Made by a program: the position numbers and the translations under genes. A model generated the notes under the pieces. The model searched no databases and was not told the origin of the DNA. It worked only from the letters and a program-made list of their open reading frames with translations. 64,000 nucleotides of DNA from Pristiophorus japonicus (Eukaryota), in contig NC_091984.1 in assembly GCF_044704955.1 (NCBI RefSeq), positions 178,374,001 to 178,438,000 of the forward strand. Reading direction: 5' to 3'. Positions 1-11,308 of this stretch are shown here, one piece after another (positions within the stretch are counted from its first letter, which is position 1; every line of letters begins with the position of its first letter).

Positions 1-729
1 AAATTAAGCAAATCAGGCCTCACTTGGAATACTGTGTCCAGTTCTGGTCTCCCCACATGATGGCTGATAGTGAGGCTTTGGAAAGGATGCAGAGGAGGGT
101 CACTAGACTAATTCCCAGTTTAAAGTAACTTCGTTATCAAGATAAGCTAAATGAGTTGGGACTCTACACTTTAGAGAAGCGTAGACTTAGGGGGATCTGA
201 TTGAGGTTTAAGAGATAATGAAAGGAATACATTTTGTGTTCCTGTTGACAGTTTGTTAGGTAGGACCAAGGGTCACAAATTTAAGTTGTGCAAGGCCAGA
301 TCTGGGTTAGATGTCAGGAGGTGATTCATTTCCCAGAGAATAGGGGACCTCTAGAACAGGCTGTCATCTCATGCAGTGGATGCTGATTCAGTGAATTCCT
401 TCAAGCAAGAGATGAACCGTTTCTCGCTGCGGCGGTGATCACCTCTTTCAGAAGGTAGGTACTGCAGGGAATTCAGGGCCAGTGTGATGTCCTGGACTAG
501 TTTTGATTGCCTAGTTGGGTCGGAGAGGAATTTCCCAGATTTCTCTTCCCCCCCCCCCCCAAACGGCCAGGGTTTTTTTTTAATCTGCTCTTGTGCCTCT
601 CCCAGGAGATCACATGTTTTGGGTGGGGTGGAGAGCAAATATTATGCTACATAAGGTATCACAATTTTGTGGGACAGGCTTGATGGACCAGAGGGTCTAT
701 ACCTGTCCATCATTGTTCGTAAGTCCGTA
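1..729 (+). mobile_element. CR1-type LINE 3' fragment
   Basis: Decayed RPHLEYCVQFWSP-type ORF2 C-terminus, CR1-like 3' UTR and short tail (ttcgtaagtccgtaa). Confidence 0.8.
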
Positions 730-1004
730 AATAAAACAGCAATTATCTTTCTTGGGCTGAAATCAAATGAATAAGTAATTAAAATAAAGAGATTTGAAAT
801 AAAAATAGATTGCAAGTAAATTTTCAAGCAGTTTTGAGCTTTATGAAAAAAAAATCAAAGCTGCACAAATTGCTTCTTCAAGTATCTCAATGGTTTCAGA
901 TGCCTTTGCATCCACCACTTATACAAGCAGCAAAAATATCAAACCACAACTGCAAGAACTTAAAGCAGTAAACAATGGTCTATTTTAGGAACATCCCAGA
1001 CAGA

Positions 1005-1180
1005 CAACTTGCATTTATGTAACACCTTTAACATACCAAAACTTTCCAAGATGCCCCACAGGGGCAAACAATTGGCACCAAGCCAAAGAAGGGGACATTA
1101 GGTCAGGTGACCAAATAGTCATAGGAAGTAGGTTTTGAGGAGAATCTTAAAAGGCGAGGGGTAGAGGTTTCGGGAGGAAA
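1005..1180 (-). mobile_element. L2 LINE 3' end remnant
   Basis: Resembles the L2 3' ends at 20720 and 29246 (caacttgcatttat...ggtgaccaaa...gttttgaggagaatcttaaa). Confidence 0.6.
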
Positions 1181-1989
1181 CACACACAAGCTTAAGTGCC
1201 CATTTGAATAACATGTTTTCTAACAATTCTGCAACAATCATGTCAACGTTCCAAGTATTTAAGTCGAGTACAAATGGAACACCCGTCCCTAGTAGTCCAA
1301 AGAAAGTGCCATTATAAACATGCAAGTTTTTCTTTGCCAAGTTAGGAGTCTTGCTAACTGCCCAATGTGACTCAACAGAACAACTGAAGTCATACAAGTC
1401 ACACAACAAAAATGAAAAATGTAAGTCATTCCAGTAACAGAAACTTTTTAGAAGTCATGGTTCAGCTGCTGGATTTCTAATCTCTCATCTCAATCCCTTT
1501 CCTTCTCTGGATCCTTGTACACATTAATTCAACGCAAACACTGCACTTCCTACCTACTGTTCCATGAAAGCCTCTCACTGGATTTTTGTAGTCCCATAGT
1601 TTCTTGTCCCAACAGCATAATCCCTGTGGATGACTGGCCCATTCTATACGCAATCTTTGAGGTCGACTAGTACATATATTGTACAATACCCATCCTTGAC
1701 CTCAATCTCTCTGGACCCAGAGTCAGGTCTCCATAGACCATTGCTGTCCCTCTGGATACCAAGGCAGACGTGTGTATCCCATCGCTACTCCGTCAGACTC
1801 CCTGCAGGGTCTGATTGTCCCATCACTCATTCTGGCTCTTGGACCCCTAGATCTCCATGTCCCCCCCATTCACATCTCCATGTCCACTCCCACTCATCTC
1901 CATTCCAGCCCGGGTTTCTGTCGCTACCACAATCCCATTCACCCTCCTGCAGCTCCAAGCCCTTCCCGCACCGTCCCAGTCCCAATCCC

Positions 1990-2285
1990 AATCCCAATCC
2001 GAGATCACCCTGCCCTCACACATCCTCCCGTCACCGCGCCCGCTCACCATTGTGATGGACCCAAGCCGGTTTAAGCAGCTTCATGCTGGGTGGCGACGCC
2101 TGGGGCTCACGCTGCACCTCACTCGGTCTCGGTGTCACTGTCCCGGGGCGGCCCCGGCCTCTCGCTCCGCTCCCGCCGGAAGGGAGCAACACCCTCAGCG
2201 CTCCCCAGAAAGCCACGCGCCGCCGACGCAGCGCTCCGGGGACAAATCGGGGTCAGGACAAAGGTTCCTGGTGCAACAAACGATT
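1990..2285. promoter_or_regulatory. CpG island / HIRA promoter and 5' UTR
   Basis: GC- and CpG-rich stretch around the HIRA start, with an ETS-like CCGGAA. Confidence 0.65.
2048..2084 (-). CDS. HIRA: HIRA (histone cell cycle regulator) coding exon 1; the gene continues left of the window
   Basis: ATG at 2084 reads MKLLKPAWVHHN-G, matching the HIRA N-terminus MKLLKPTWVNHNG; 37 coding nt then a GTGAGC donor; CpG-rich context; head-to-head with MRPL40 as in human. Confidence 0.93.
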
Positions 2286-2669
2286 AGAAAGAAAGACTTG
2301 CATTTACATAGCGCCTTTCACGACCACCGGACGTCTCAAAGCGCTTTGCAGCCAATGAAGTAGCTTTGGTGTGTAGTTACTGTTGTAATGTGGGAAACGA
2401 GGCAGCCAATTTGCGCACAGCAAGCTCTCACAAACAGTCATGTCAAAATGACCATATAATCTATTTTTTTTGTCATGTTGATTGAGGGATAAATATTGGC
2501 CAGGACACCGGGGATATCTCCCCTGCTCTTTTTCGAAATAGTGCCATGGAATCTTTTACGTCCACCTGAGAGAACAGACTCAGTTTAATGTCTCATCTAA
2601 AAGCCGGCACCTCCGACAGTGCAACACTCCCTGAGCACTGCAATGGAGTGTCAACCTAGATTTATGTGC
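2286..2669 (-). mobile_element. SacSINE1-like DeuSINE (body and tail); head continues at 3630-3688
   Basis: Deu-domain-like gatgagacattaaac...gattccatggcactatt and L2-like tail aggcgctatgtaaatgcaagt; split by an RTE with atgtgc at both junctions. Confidence 0.8.
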
Positions 2670-3629
2670 CCTAGTTATTTTCACCGCGTGACAAATGCAA
2701 GAAAAATGTAGGAAGCAGCAACAATCTCTGTTCACGGCCTTCTATAACCTCACAAAAGCCTTCGACTCTCAACTGAGATTATGGAGTGTCCTCCTCAAAT
2801 TCGTTTGTCCTCAAAAATTTGTCACCATCCTCCGCCTGCTTCACGATGATATGCAAGCCCTGATCCTTACCAATGGATCCACCACAGACCCAATACAAGT
2901 GCAGACCGGGGTCAAGCAAGGCTATCTCATTGCACCAACACTCTTAATCTTTCTCGCTGCAATGCTTCTTTTAACCTCCAACAACCTCCCCACTGGGAAA
3001 TTGTTCAACCTCCATCGCCTCCAGTCAAGTACCAACCTCTGTCACTGAATTACAGTATGCAGACGACGCATACACTTGCGCACACTCAGAGGTCAAACTC
3101 CAAACCATTGTTGGCAAACAGCAGAAGGAGCGTACGAAAAACCAAGCACCCCATCCGTCCCTTCAACCATCACCTGCCCCACCTGTGACAGAGTCTGTAG
3201 ACCCCATTGCTCCACCGGTACGCTCGCGGCCTTCCGCGAGAGGTGGGCACCGGAGGGACTGCAGTGCATCATCAGCCCCGGCAAGCAAATTTTAATTTGA
3301 TTTTATGTTTTAAAGTTTAATTTGTTTTAATTGCCGGTGTTTTTAGTGTCCCCCTCCCCTTTTATAGGGGGCACTTGGAGAAAAAACTATGATTTCATGC
3401 CCAAAAAAAAACAAAGAAAAAGCACAAAAATCACCAAAAAAAACAACAACAAAACCAGAAAAAAGGGCCTTGTGAAATGTTTGTAGTGTCCCCCAGATCG
3501 GGGGGCACTTGATCTAATGTTTGCCTGTTTACTTTAAAAGAGTTGTAGACCCCATTGGACTCATCAGCCATTTTAGAATTCATTATGTGGAAGCACGTCA
3601 ATCTCAACTCCGGGTGAGTGCTTAAAAAG
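2670..3629 (+). mobile_element. RTE-clade LINE, 5'-truncated and internally deleted
   Basis: QEKCRKQQQSLF...LTKAFDS...GVKQG RT motifs, C-terminal CPTCDRVC zinc knuckle, RTE-like tail ggaagcacgtca. Confidence 0.8.
3210..3543 (+). mobile_element. Tx1-clade LINE 3' fragment inserted in the RTE
   Basis: Encodes STGTLAAFRERWAPEGLQCII..QILI*, like the end of ORF 4983-7265; 14-bp TSD tgtagaccccattg at 3196-3209 and 3544-3557. Confidence 0.9.
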
Positions 3630-3688
3630 ATGTGCTCAAGTTCCTGGAATGGGACTTGAACCCACAATCTTATGACCCAAAGGTGAAA

Positions 3689-6600
3689 CTCTTTTTGGAG
3701 TTCACCTGCAAAAATATAAAACATTAAACCGTGCCACCCGACCTGGGTGACACACCAGACATTTACAAGGCCCTTTTTTCCTTTTTTTTGTTTTTTTTTT
3801 GTGTTTTTCATTTTTTGGGGGGTTTTTTTGGGCGCTAAAATCACATTTTTCCAGTGCCCCCTATAAAAGGGAAGGGGACACTAAAAGCACCGGCAATTAA
3901 AACAAATTAAACTTTAAAACGTAAAATCATATTAAAATTTGGTTGCCGGGCGTGATGATGCACTCCAGTCCCTCCGGTGCCCACCTCTCGCGGAAGGCCG
4001 CGAGCGTACCGGTGGACACCACGTGCTCCATCTCCAAGGACACCCTGGACCGGATGTAAGAGCGGAAGAGAGGCAGGCAGTCAGGTTGAACGACCCCCTC
4101 GACCGCCCGCTGCCTGGACCGGCTGATGGCACCCTTGGCTGTGCCCAGGAGCAGTCCTACGAGGAGGCCCTCGGACCTACCCGCTCCCCTCCGCACAGGG
4201 TGCCCAAAGATCAGGAGAGTGGGACTGAAGTGCAGCCAGAATTTCAGGAGCAGCCCCTTCAAATAATGGAACAGGGGCTGCAACCTCGTGCACTCGATAA
4301 AAACATGGAACACGGACTCCTCCAGACCGCAGAAATTGCAGGCGGCCTGGGAGTCCGTGAACCGGCTTAAAAATTTATTGCACGGCACTGCTCCGTGCAC
4401 CACCCTCCAGGCCAAGTCCCCGATGAATAGTGGGAGGACCCCTGCGTAGAGTGCCCTCCATCGGGGACCCCCGCCTCCTCCGGACGGCAAGATGGTATGC
4501 CATGGCGTGTCCGGACGGCCGGCGAGGATGGCAAAGTTGAGTACCCAAAGGTGAAACTCTTTTTGGAGTTCACCTGCAAAACATAAAACATTAAACGGTG
4601 CCACCCGACCTGGGTGACACTCCAGACATTTACAAGGCCCTTTTTTTTTTTTTCCCCCTTTTTTTTGTTTTTTTTTGTGTTTTTCTTTTTTTGGTTTTTT
4701 TTTGGGCACTAAAATCACAATTTTCCCCAGTGCCCCCTATAAAAGGGAAGGGGGACATAAAGGTGAAACTCTTTTGAGTTAACCTGCAGAAACATAAAAC
4801 ATTAAAACCATGCCACCCGACCTGGGTGACACACCAGACATTTTCAAGGCCCCTTTTTTTTTTTTGGTTTTTGGTTTTTTTTTGGGGCGCTAAAATCAAA
4901 TTTTTCCAGTGCCCCCTATAAAAGAGAAGGGGGACACTAAAAGCACCGGCAATGAAAACAAATTAAACTTTAAAACGTAAAATCAAATTAAAATTTGGTT
5001 GCCGGGCGTGATGATGCACTCCAGTCGCTCCGGTGCCCACCTCTCGCGGAAGGCCGCGAGCGTACCGGTGGACACCGCGTGCTCCATCTCCAAGGACACC
5101 CTGGACCGGATGTAAGAGCGGAAGAGAGGCAGGCAGTCAGGTTGAACGACCCCCTCGACCGCCCGCTGCCTGGACCGGCTGATGGCACCCTTGGCCGTGC
5201 CCAGGAGCAGTCCTACGAGGAGGCCTTCGGACCTACCCGCTCCCCTCCGCACAGGGTGCCCAAAGATCAGGAGAGTGGGACTGAAGTGCAGCCAGAATTT
5301 CAGGAGCAGCCCCTTCAAATAGTGGAACAGGGGCTGCAACCTTGTGCATTCAATAAAAACATGGAACACGGACTCCTCCAGACCGCAGAAATTGCAGGCG
5401 GCCTGGGAGTCCGTGAACCGGCTTAAAAATTTGTTGCACGGCACTGCTCCGTGCACCACCCTCCAGGCCAAGTCCCCGATGAATAGTGGGAGGACCCCTG
5501 CGTAGAGTGCCCTCCATCGGGGACCCCCGCCTCCTCCGGACGGCAAGATGGTACGCCATGGCGTGTCCGGACGGCCGGCGAGGATGGCAAAGTTGAGGGT
5601 GTGCAGGAGCAGCCCGTACAGGAAACCCCTCCGCGCGGAACTGAAAGGCACGGAGGGGATTTCCCCGAGGCGGCTCAAGTTGTGAGGCGCCGGCCCCCGA
5701 GGGAGGTTCCGGGGTTTGGCGCCAATGAGGAATTCCGTCCGGACCGGGGTCAGTTCGGACGGGATCTCCCCATGTGCTTGAGCCTCCTCGATGCACCTAA
5801 CGGAGTCAGGGCCCAGAGCTGTTTTTAGCGACTCGATGGCATCGGCCGCGTGGCGGACGTTGGCAGAATTTAGGCGCCGCGCCAGCGTGTCTGGCGCCAT
5901 CCAGCCCGCTCCTCCGCCATCGAGCAGGTCCCTGACCCTGGTCACCTCACCAGCCACAGCCCTCTCTTCCGACCGCCACATAAAACCTCGGCCGTGGAGG
6001 TACGGATTCCCGAGCAGCGGTTCCTGCAGGACGGCCGCCACTCCAGCCGGCGGAGAGCTGCGCTTGGTGGAGACTTTGTTCCAGACCCTGATGAGTTCCC
6101 TGTAAAAGACAGGCAGCTCCCGGAGGGCGGTCCTGGCACCCCCCAAGTTCACAAACAGGAGCTGCGTGTCATAATTGAGGTCGAGCTGCTGGCGGAAGAA
6201 ATACCTCGCCAGAGCGCACCACCTAGGAGGGGGCTCGACATAAAGGTATCTCTGCAGGGTCTGAAGACGGAAAGTCGCGAGCTGGGCGCTGACGCACACC
6301 AACGACTGACCGCCCTCCTCAAGCGGGAGACTCAAGACCGCGGCAGAGACCCAGTGCTTCCTGTTGTTCCAGAAGAAGTCCACCAGCTTCTTCTGTATCT
6401 TGGCGACAAACGCAGGGGGAGGGGTCAAAGTGACCAGCCGGTACCACAGCATTGCGGCCACCAGCTGGTTTATGACTAGCGCTCGACCCCTGTAGGACAG
6501 CACTCGGAGCAGTCCTGTCCAGCGCCCTAGGCGAGCGGCAACCTTGGCCTCCAGCTCCTGCCAGTTCGCCGGCCAGGCTCCCTCGTCGGAGCTAAGGTAG

Positions 6601-7346
6601 ACTCCCAGATAGAGGAGATGGGTCGTGCTCCAGGCAAAAGGCCTGAGCTCCTCCGGCAGGGAGTCCACCCGCCACTGACCCACCAGGAGTCCGGAACATT
6701 TCTCCCAGTTGATCCTGGCGGAGGACGCGGCCGAGTAAATCTCCTGGCACTCACGCATCCTCCGCAGGTCAGCGGGATCCTCTATCGCGAGGAGCACGTC
6801 ATCGGCGTAAGCCGAGAGGACGACCTCCACGCCCGGCCCTTGCAGAGCCAGTCCCGTCAACCTCGTCCGCAAGAGGCGCAGGAAAGGCTCCACGCAAACG
6901 GCGTATAACTGGCCGGACATGGGGCATCCCTGGCGCACCCCTCTCCTAAAGCGAAGGGGCGCCGTCAAGGACCCGTTAACCTTAATCAGACACTCCGCGG
7001 CGGCGTACAAAAGTCGGATCCGGGCGACGAAATGCGTCCCGAACCCGAAAGCGCGCAGAGTTCCGAGCAGATAGTCGTGATCCACCCTGTCGAACGCCTT
7101 CTCTTGGTCGAGGGATAGGAAGGCGACCGACAGACCAGCCTCCTGGGAACAATGGATGAGGTCCCGGACCAGATGGATGTTATCGTGGATTGTCCGGCCC
7201 GGGACCGTGTATGACTGGTCGGGGTGGATCATGTGGTCCAGCACGGCACCAAGGCGAGCAGACATCGCCCTGGCGAAGATTTTGTAGTCCGTGCTGAGGA
7301 GGGAGACCGGGCGCCAGTTCTTAAGGAGGCGGAGATCGCCCTTCTT
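3689..7346 (-). mobile_element. Head-to-tail array of three 5'-truncated Tx1-clade LINE copies (4769-7346, 4557-4758, 3689-4542)
   Basis: Near-identical 3' UTRs ending ...AAAAGAG, each followed by TTTCACCTTT(GGGT); copies are separated only by this duplicated target sequence. Confidence 0.9.
4983..7265 (-). CDS. Tx1-clade ORF2 reverse transcriptase (frame open to the 5' truncation at ~7346; endonuclease missing)
   Basis: NWRPVSLLSTDYK, LDQEKAFDRVDH, GVRQGCPMS, YADD, YLGV and C-terminal CNFC..EESVFHVFIEC knuckle; 760 uninterrupted codons suggest a young insertion. Confidence 0.9.
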   Translation of the reverse strand: MSARLGAVLDHMIHPDQSYTVPGRTIHDNIHLVRDLIHCSQEAGLSVAFLSLDQEKAFDRVDHDYLLGTLRAFGFGTHFVARIRLLYAAAECLIKVNGSLTAPLRFRRGVRQGCPMSGQLYAVCVEPFLRLLRTRLTGLALQGPGVEVVLSAYADDVLLAIEDPADLRRMRECQEIYSAASSARINWEKCSGLLVGQWRVDSLPEELRPFAWSTTHLLYLGVYLSSDEGAWPANWQELEAKVAARLGRWTGLLRVLSYRGRALVINQLVAAMLWYRLVTLTPPPAFVAKIQKKLVDFFWNNRKHWVSAAVLSLPLEEGGQSLVCVSAQLATFRLQTLQRYLYVEPPPRWCALARYFFRQQLDLNYDTQLLFVNLGGARTALRELPVFYRELIRVWNKVSTKRSSPPAGVAAVLQEPLLGNPYLHGRGFMWRSEERAVAGEVTRVRDLLDGGGAGWMAPDTLARRLNSANVRHAADAIESLKTALGPDSVRCIEEAQAHGEIPSELTPVRTEFLIGAKPRNLPRGPAPHNLSRLGEIPSVPFSSARRGFLYGLLLHTLNFAILAGRPDTPWRTILPSGGGGGPRWRALYAGVLPLFIGDLAWRVVHGAVPCNKFLSRFTDSQAACNFCGLEESVFHVFIECTRLQPLFHYLKGLLLKFWLHFSPTLLIFGHPVRRGAGRSEGLLVGLLLGTAKGAISRSRQRAVEGVVQPDCLPLFRSYIRSRVSLEMEHAVSTGTLAAFRERWAPERLECIITPGNQILI

Positions 7347-7501
7347 AAAAAGACAGCACCTCCAACAGTGCAGTATGCCCTCAGTGCTGCACTGGGAGCA
7401 CTAGCATAGATCTTTGTGCTCAAGTCCCTGGAGTGGGATCTGAACCCACAGCCATTCTGACTCAAAGGCAAGTGCGCTACCCACTGAGCCACAGCTGACA
7501 C
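7347..7501 (-). mobile_element. SacSINE1-like SINE 5' head (tRNA-derived)
   Basis: gtggctcagtgggtagc (A box) and gggttcagatccc (B box) continuing into the SINE body. Confidence 0.8.
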
Positions 7502-7767
7502 TAATTAATTCAATAGCTGCACTTAGATGATGAGGTTTGGGACACTATGCATGTTTTTGAAATTCATAGTGAATAATTTAAACATATACTAATCTTATTA
7601 CTTAATTTTGTTGTATATTTTGCATTAAAGATAATATATGAAGGGCTTGTGTAACTACCCAAAGCTTCAGCAAACCTAAATTCCCCTGCATATTTGGCTG
7701 CAACTTGTGTGTTCAGCATTTTGCAAAATCTTCATCACCAGTAACTCCCTAAAGAGGATTCCATTTA

Positions 7768-8150
7768 TAGAAAGAAAGAACTTGCATTTACATAGCGCCT
7801 TTCATGGCCTCGGGACATCCCAAACCGCTTTACAGTCATATTTGAAGTGTAATCATTGTTATAACATAAGAAGCACATCAGCCAATTTGGGCACAGCAAC
7901 ATCCCTCAAATCACAATGAAATAAAGAGCAGATATCTATTTTAGTGATGTTGGTTGAGGGATAAATATTGGCCACGACACCGGGGAGAATTCCCCTGCTT
8001 TTCTTCAAATAGTGGCATAGGATGTTTTACGGTAGCCTGAGAGGATAGACAGGGCTTGGTTTAACATCTCATCTGAAAGACATCTACTCCCACAGTCCAG
8101 CACTCTCTCACTACTGCACTGAAGTATCAGCCTAGATTTTGCGCTCAAGT
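7768..8150 (-). mobile_element. SacSINE1-like DeuSINE
   Basis: Aligns by eye with 2286-2669. Confidence 0.8.
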
Positions 8151-8429
8151 TACTTCAAGTTATAAGAAAATGTAAGGAAATTATACTTTATATATTTGGG
8201 GGAAAAGTACACTTTGATGTGACATAGTTGAAGTTTTGAAGATTATTTTATGGGGAACTGACAAACTGGCTGAGGTCAATTATTCACCATGATGAAGAGT
8301 TCAAATTATAAGTAGATAGTATACAGTATAAGCTTTGGAAGAAAATTATTATTGCATTTCTAGAGAGAAAAGCATTTAGAGATGTGGCAAGAGCTTGGGT
8401 AGCATAAAAATAAAGGATGGATTTGTTGG

Positions 8430-9200
8430 TGATAATAGCCTTTTCCTGTTCCTAAAATTTGTTATGTTACTTCATCTTTATTAGTTGTCCCAATGCTCTC
8501 TCAAGATGAATAATATCCTTCCTATCGTTAGAAGAACAGATCTGCACACAATACTCCTGAATAAATGATGAAGCACTCTATTCCTCTGCAACCAAGTACT
8601 GTATGTTTTTGCCAGTTTAGTTAATTTATCCACTGTAATCCCAAGATCTAATTGACATAATTGACCCATTTAGCATTTATCCACATTGAATTACATCCAC
8701 CACCATTAGACCGGTTGCCTACAAGGTCCTTTTTTATGAATCTGGGTGTATTGTTTTCCATTATTTGCCCTTACACATATTATGGTATCTTCCGCAATTT
8801 GAAAATGTTCCCCTGTGCCATTTTCAAAGTCATTAGCATTTATTAAAGAAACATGGTTTCTAAGACCAACTCTTTAGTTAACCCATTTAAACTCTTTCTA
8901 GCTTGGAAAGTTGTCATTGATGGTAACATTCTGTTTCCTCTTGCTCACCGAGTTATTTATCAAACTTAATACTTTACTGTATTTTCAGTGACTCCCTACC
9001 TTTGCTCTTAATCACCACTGAGAAACGTTGTCAAAAACTTGCTGAAAGTCCAAAAATACCACAATTACATTCTGTCGTGAAAGGCGCTAGATAAATGCAA
9101 ATTCTTTCTTTTTTTGGAAAATTCCAACAATATTTCCCTTTCCTGAATCCATGCTGCATGCCTTTAAAACGTTATTTTTTAAGTATTCGTCAACTCAAAT
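8430..9200 (-). mobile_element. Old CR1-like LINE remnant
   Basis: Degenerate RT-like pieces (minus-strand gtatttttggactttcagcaag; tttgcggaagatacc; gatcttgggattacagtggat). Confidence 0.5.
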
Positions 9201-9459
9201 ACCTAATTGTTTCACATTATAAATAAAGCTATTAATTCCCATTTTTATTTAAAGTTTGAATTTAAAAATTGAAAGTTTGTTACACTAATTGAACCATAAA
9301 ATTAGGTGTTTAGTTAGCTTGCTGTAGATTTAGTTTATAAAAAGAATAAAACATGTTAACTAGTTAATTTTAAAATTTACTTTAATTTAAAAAAATTTAA
9401 AACAAACCTTTGGGTTTTAGTGTATCTGCTCTTGACTGTGTGGGCTCGGAACAATAATC

Positions 9460-9750
9460 GTGAATTGTGCACCCGAGTCGGACTGCATTCCTGTGGGGAT
9501 GAGTTGATAGCAGCGGTGCGCCGCTGAAGGTGACTCGGGTGGAGTGGACACCGGGACCGGGGAGAGGCCGAGCGTGGGTCGGTGAAGGGAGCAGCGAGAG
9601 ACCGAAGAACGTGTGGGATAAGGAGGCTGTGTGCGCGAGCGCTTGGCCGCGGCCCCACACGGGCAACATGTCCTGGCTGGTCCGGCCGGCCCTCGGCCTG
9701 GCGTGAGTACTGGGCCGGGGAGGGGAGAGGCTGCGGGCCGCGGTCTCCAT
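9460..9750. promoter_or_regulatory. CpG island / MRPL40 promoter and 5' UTR
   Basis: Abrupt GC/CpG-rich island containing the MRPL40 start codon. Confidence 0.65.
9668..9702 (+). CDS. MRPL40: MRPL40 (39S mitoribosomal protein mL40) coding exon 1
   Basis: ATG TCC TGG... MSWLVRPALGL(A), 35 nt, GTGAGT donor, phase 2 fits exon 2; presequence-like composition. Confidence 0.8.
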
Positions 9751-9900
9751 GAGTCAAATCTAACTGAGGGTTGAGTGGATTTGGGGTCAGGGCAGTTTTA
9801 CTGATCAAACATGTCAATCGTATGTACAGCTTCCATTTCCATTAACGGGGGGAAAAACACCCCGAGGCGCCTCAAAGAGAAACAGGCACCCAGCAGTAAT

Positions 9901-10324
9901 TGAAAGAACTTGCATTTCTGTATCACCTTCCACAACCTCAGGACATCCCAAAGCGCTTTATAGCCAATGAAGTACTTTTGAAGTGGCGTCACTGTTGCAA
10001 TGTAGGAAATGCGACAGCCACTTTCCACAGAGCAAGCTCACACAAACATAATAACCAGATAATCTGTTTTTAGTAATGTTGGTTTAAGGATAAATATTGT
10101 CCGACAGAAATCCCCTGCCCCTGCTCTTCTTGGAATAGTGCCATGAGCTCTTTTGAGTCCGTTTGAGAAAGTAGACGGTATCTGGCTGAACGTCTCACCC
10201 AAAATATAGCACTCAGTGCTGCACTGGAGTGTCATCCTGGATTATGGGCATGTGTCACTCAAGTGGGGCTTGAATTGCCTTCTGATTCAGAGGCGAGAGG
10301 GCTACCACTGAGTCAAGACTGACA
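9901..10324 (-). mobile_element. SacSINE1-like DeuSINE, near full length
   Basis: Head, Deu domain and tail all recognisable. Confidence 0.8.
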
Positions 10325-10329
10325 GTAGA

Positions 10330-11090
10330 ATGGTTAGTGGAGATGACTAAATGCATCGCCCTAAAGGTAGGTTTTGAGCAGGTTTTCGAAGAGGCGAAGG
10401 AAGTAGTACGGAGTTTAAGGACAGATGGGAAGTTGAGAGGAGGGAAAGGGCAATAAGCAAGGGCCAGGATCGCATAACTACAGAGCGGGAGGAGGTTTCA
10501 GAGATGGCGTGGGGTGGGTCAGTGGAGGCTTTGTAACCAAGAATAAAGATTTTGAATTCAATGCATTGAGAAATGGTGATTCAGTGGAGGATGGGACAAT
10601 GAGTGAACATTTAGGTGTCTGTGCTGGAGTTTATGCACAGTGCAATGTAAGAGGCTGGCTAGGAGCAAGTTGCAGGCGTTAAGCCTGAAGGTAAGTAAAA
10701 CATGAACAAAGGTTTCGGTGTCAGGTTGAGGCAAGGACTGAGATGGACAATGTTGCAGAGGGGGTAAATAATCGGTGTTGGTGATGGATAAAGTTTGAAG
10801 CTCATGATGCCCTTTGATGTCCCTGTTGACACTCACAGAATCCTTACCCGTGAGGTACAGTATATGATGGAACAGGCTGTTAATTCTTCCTGGGTCAACC
10901 AGAGAGATGGCATCAGGGCAAGGATACCTGACTTTTAACTGGAGCGAAATAATTTTTGCCACTATTAGTTTGGAGAAAGTTCTACCTTATCCAGACAAGC
11001 AATCTAACAGCACATTGGTGAATGTGGAGTCAATATTGCTGGCGGAGAACGGGCACAGCTCAGTGTGGTCAGCACTTGTGTGTTGAGTGG
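10330..11090 (-). mobile_element. Old L2 remnant
   Basis: Degenerate similarity to the L2 at 29246-30200 (PDTETFVH..LTFRL..CN.LLA.L peptide). Confidence 0.6.
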
Positions 11091-11308
11091 CAGAACTGTG
11101 TCATTGAGATGCAATTACTTTAAAGCGGAATTTTTTCCAGGATTTCTCGGGAGGCCAGTTTTTGACTTCCTCCACTGTTACTATCCGAGTTAGATGCAGC
11201 TGCTGGGAGGAGGGATTAACTTTGTTAAAGTAACAGCTATCAAACTTCAGTAAGAATGTATAGATCTCGTAACTAAAATCTAGAACATTGTCTCTCCTTC
11301 TCTTGCAG

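Noticed and set aside
1630-2363. Pro/Ser-rich plus-strand ORFs across the HIRA start
   Set aside because: Low-complexity GC-rich intron and UTR sequence; the only recognisable coding signal is the 37-nt HIRA exon on the minus strand.
4988-6908. Overlapping and antisense ORFs in the Tx1 element
   Set aside because: Expected shadows of a GC-rich RT reading frame; no independent motifs.
7430-7501. tRNA-like sequence with A and B boxes (also at ~10260-10324)
   Set aside because: Runs directly into a SINE body, with no complete cloverleaf or terminator; it is a SINE head.
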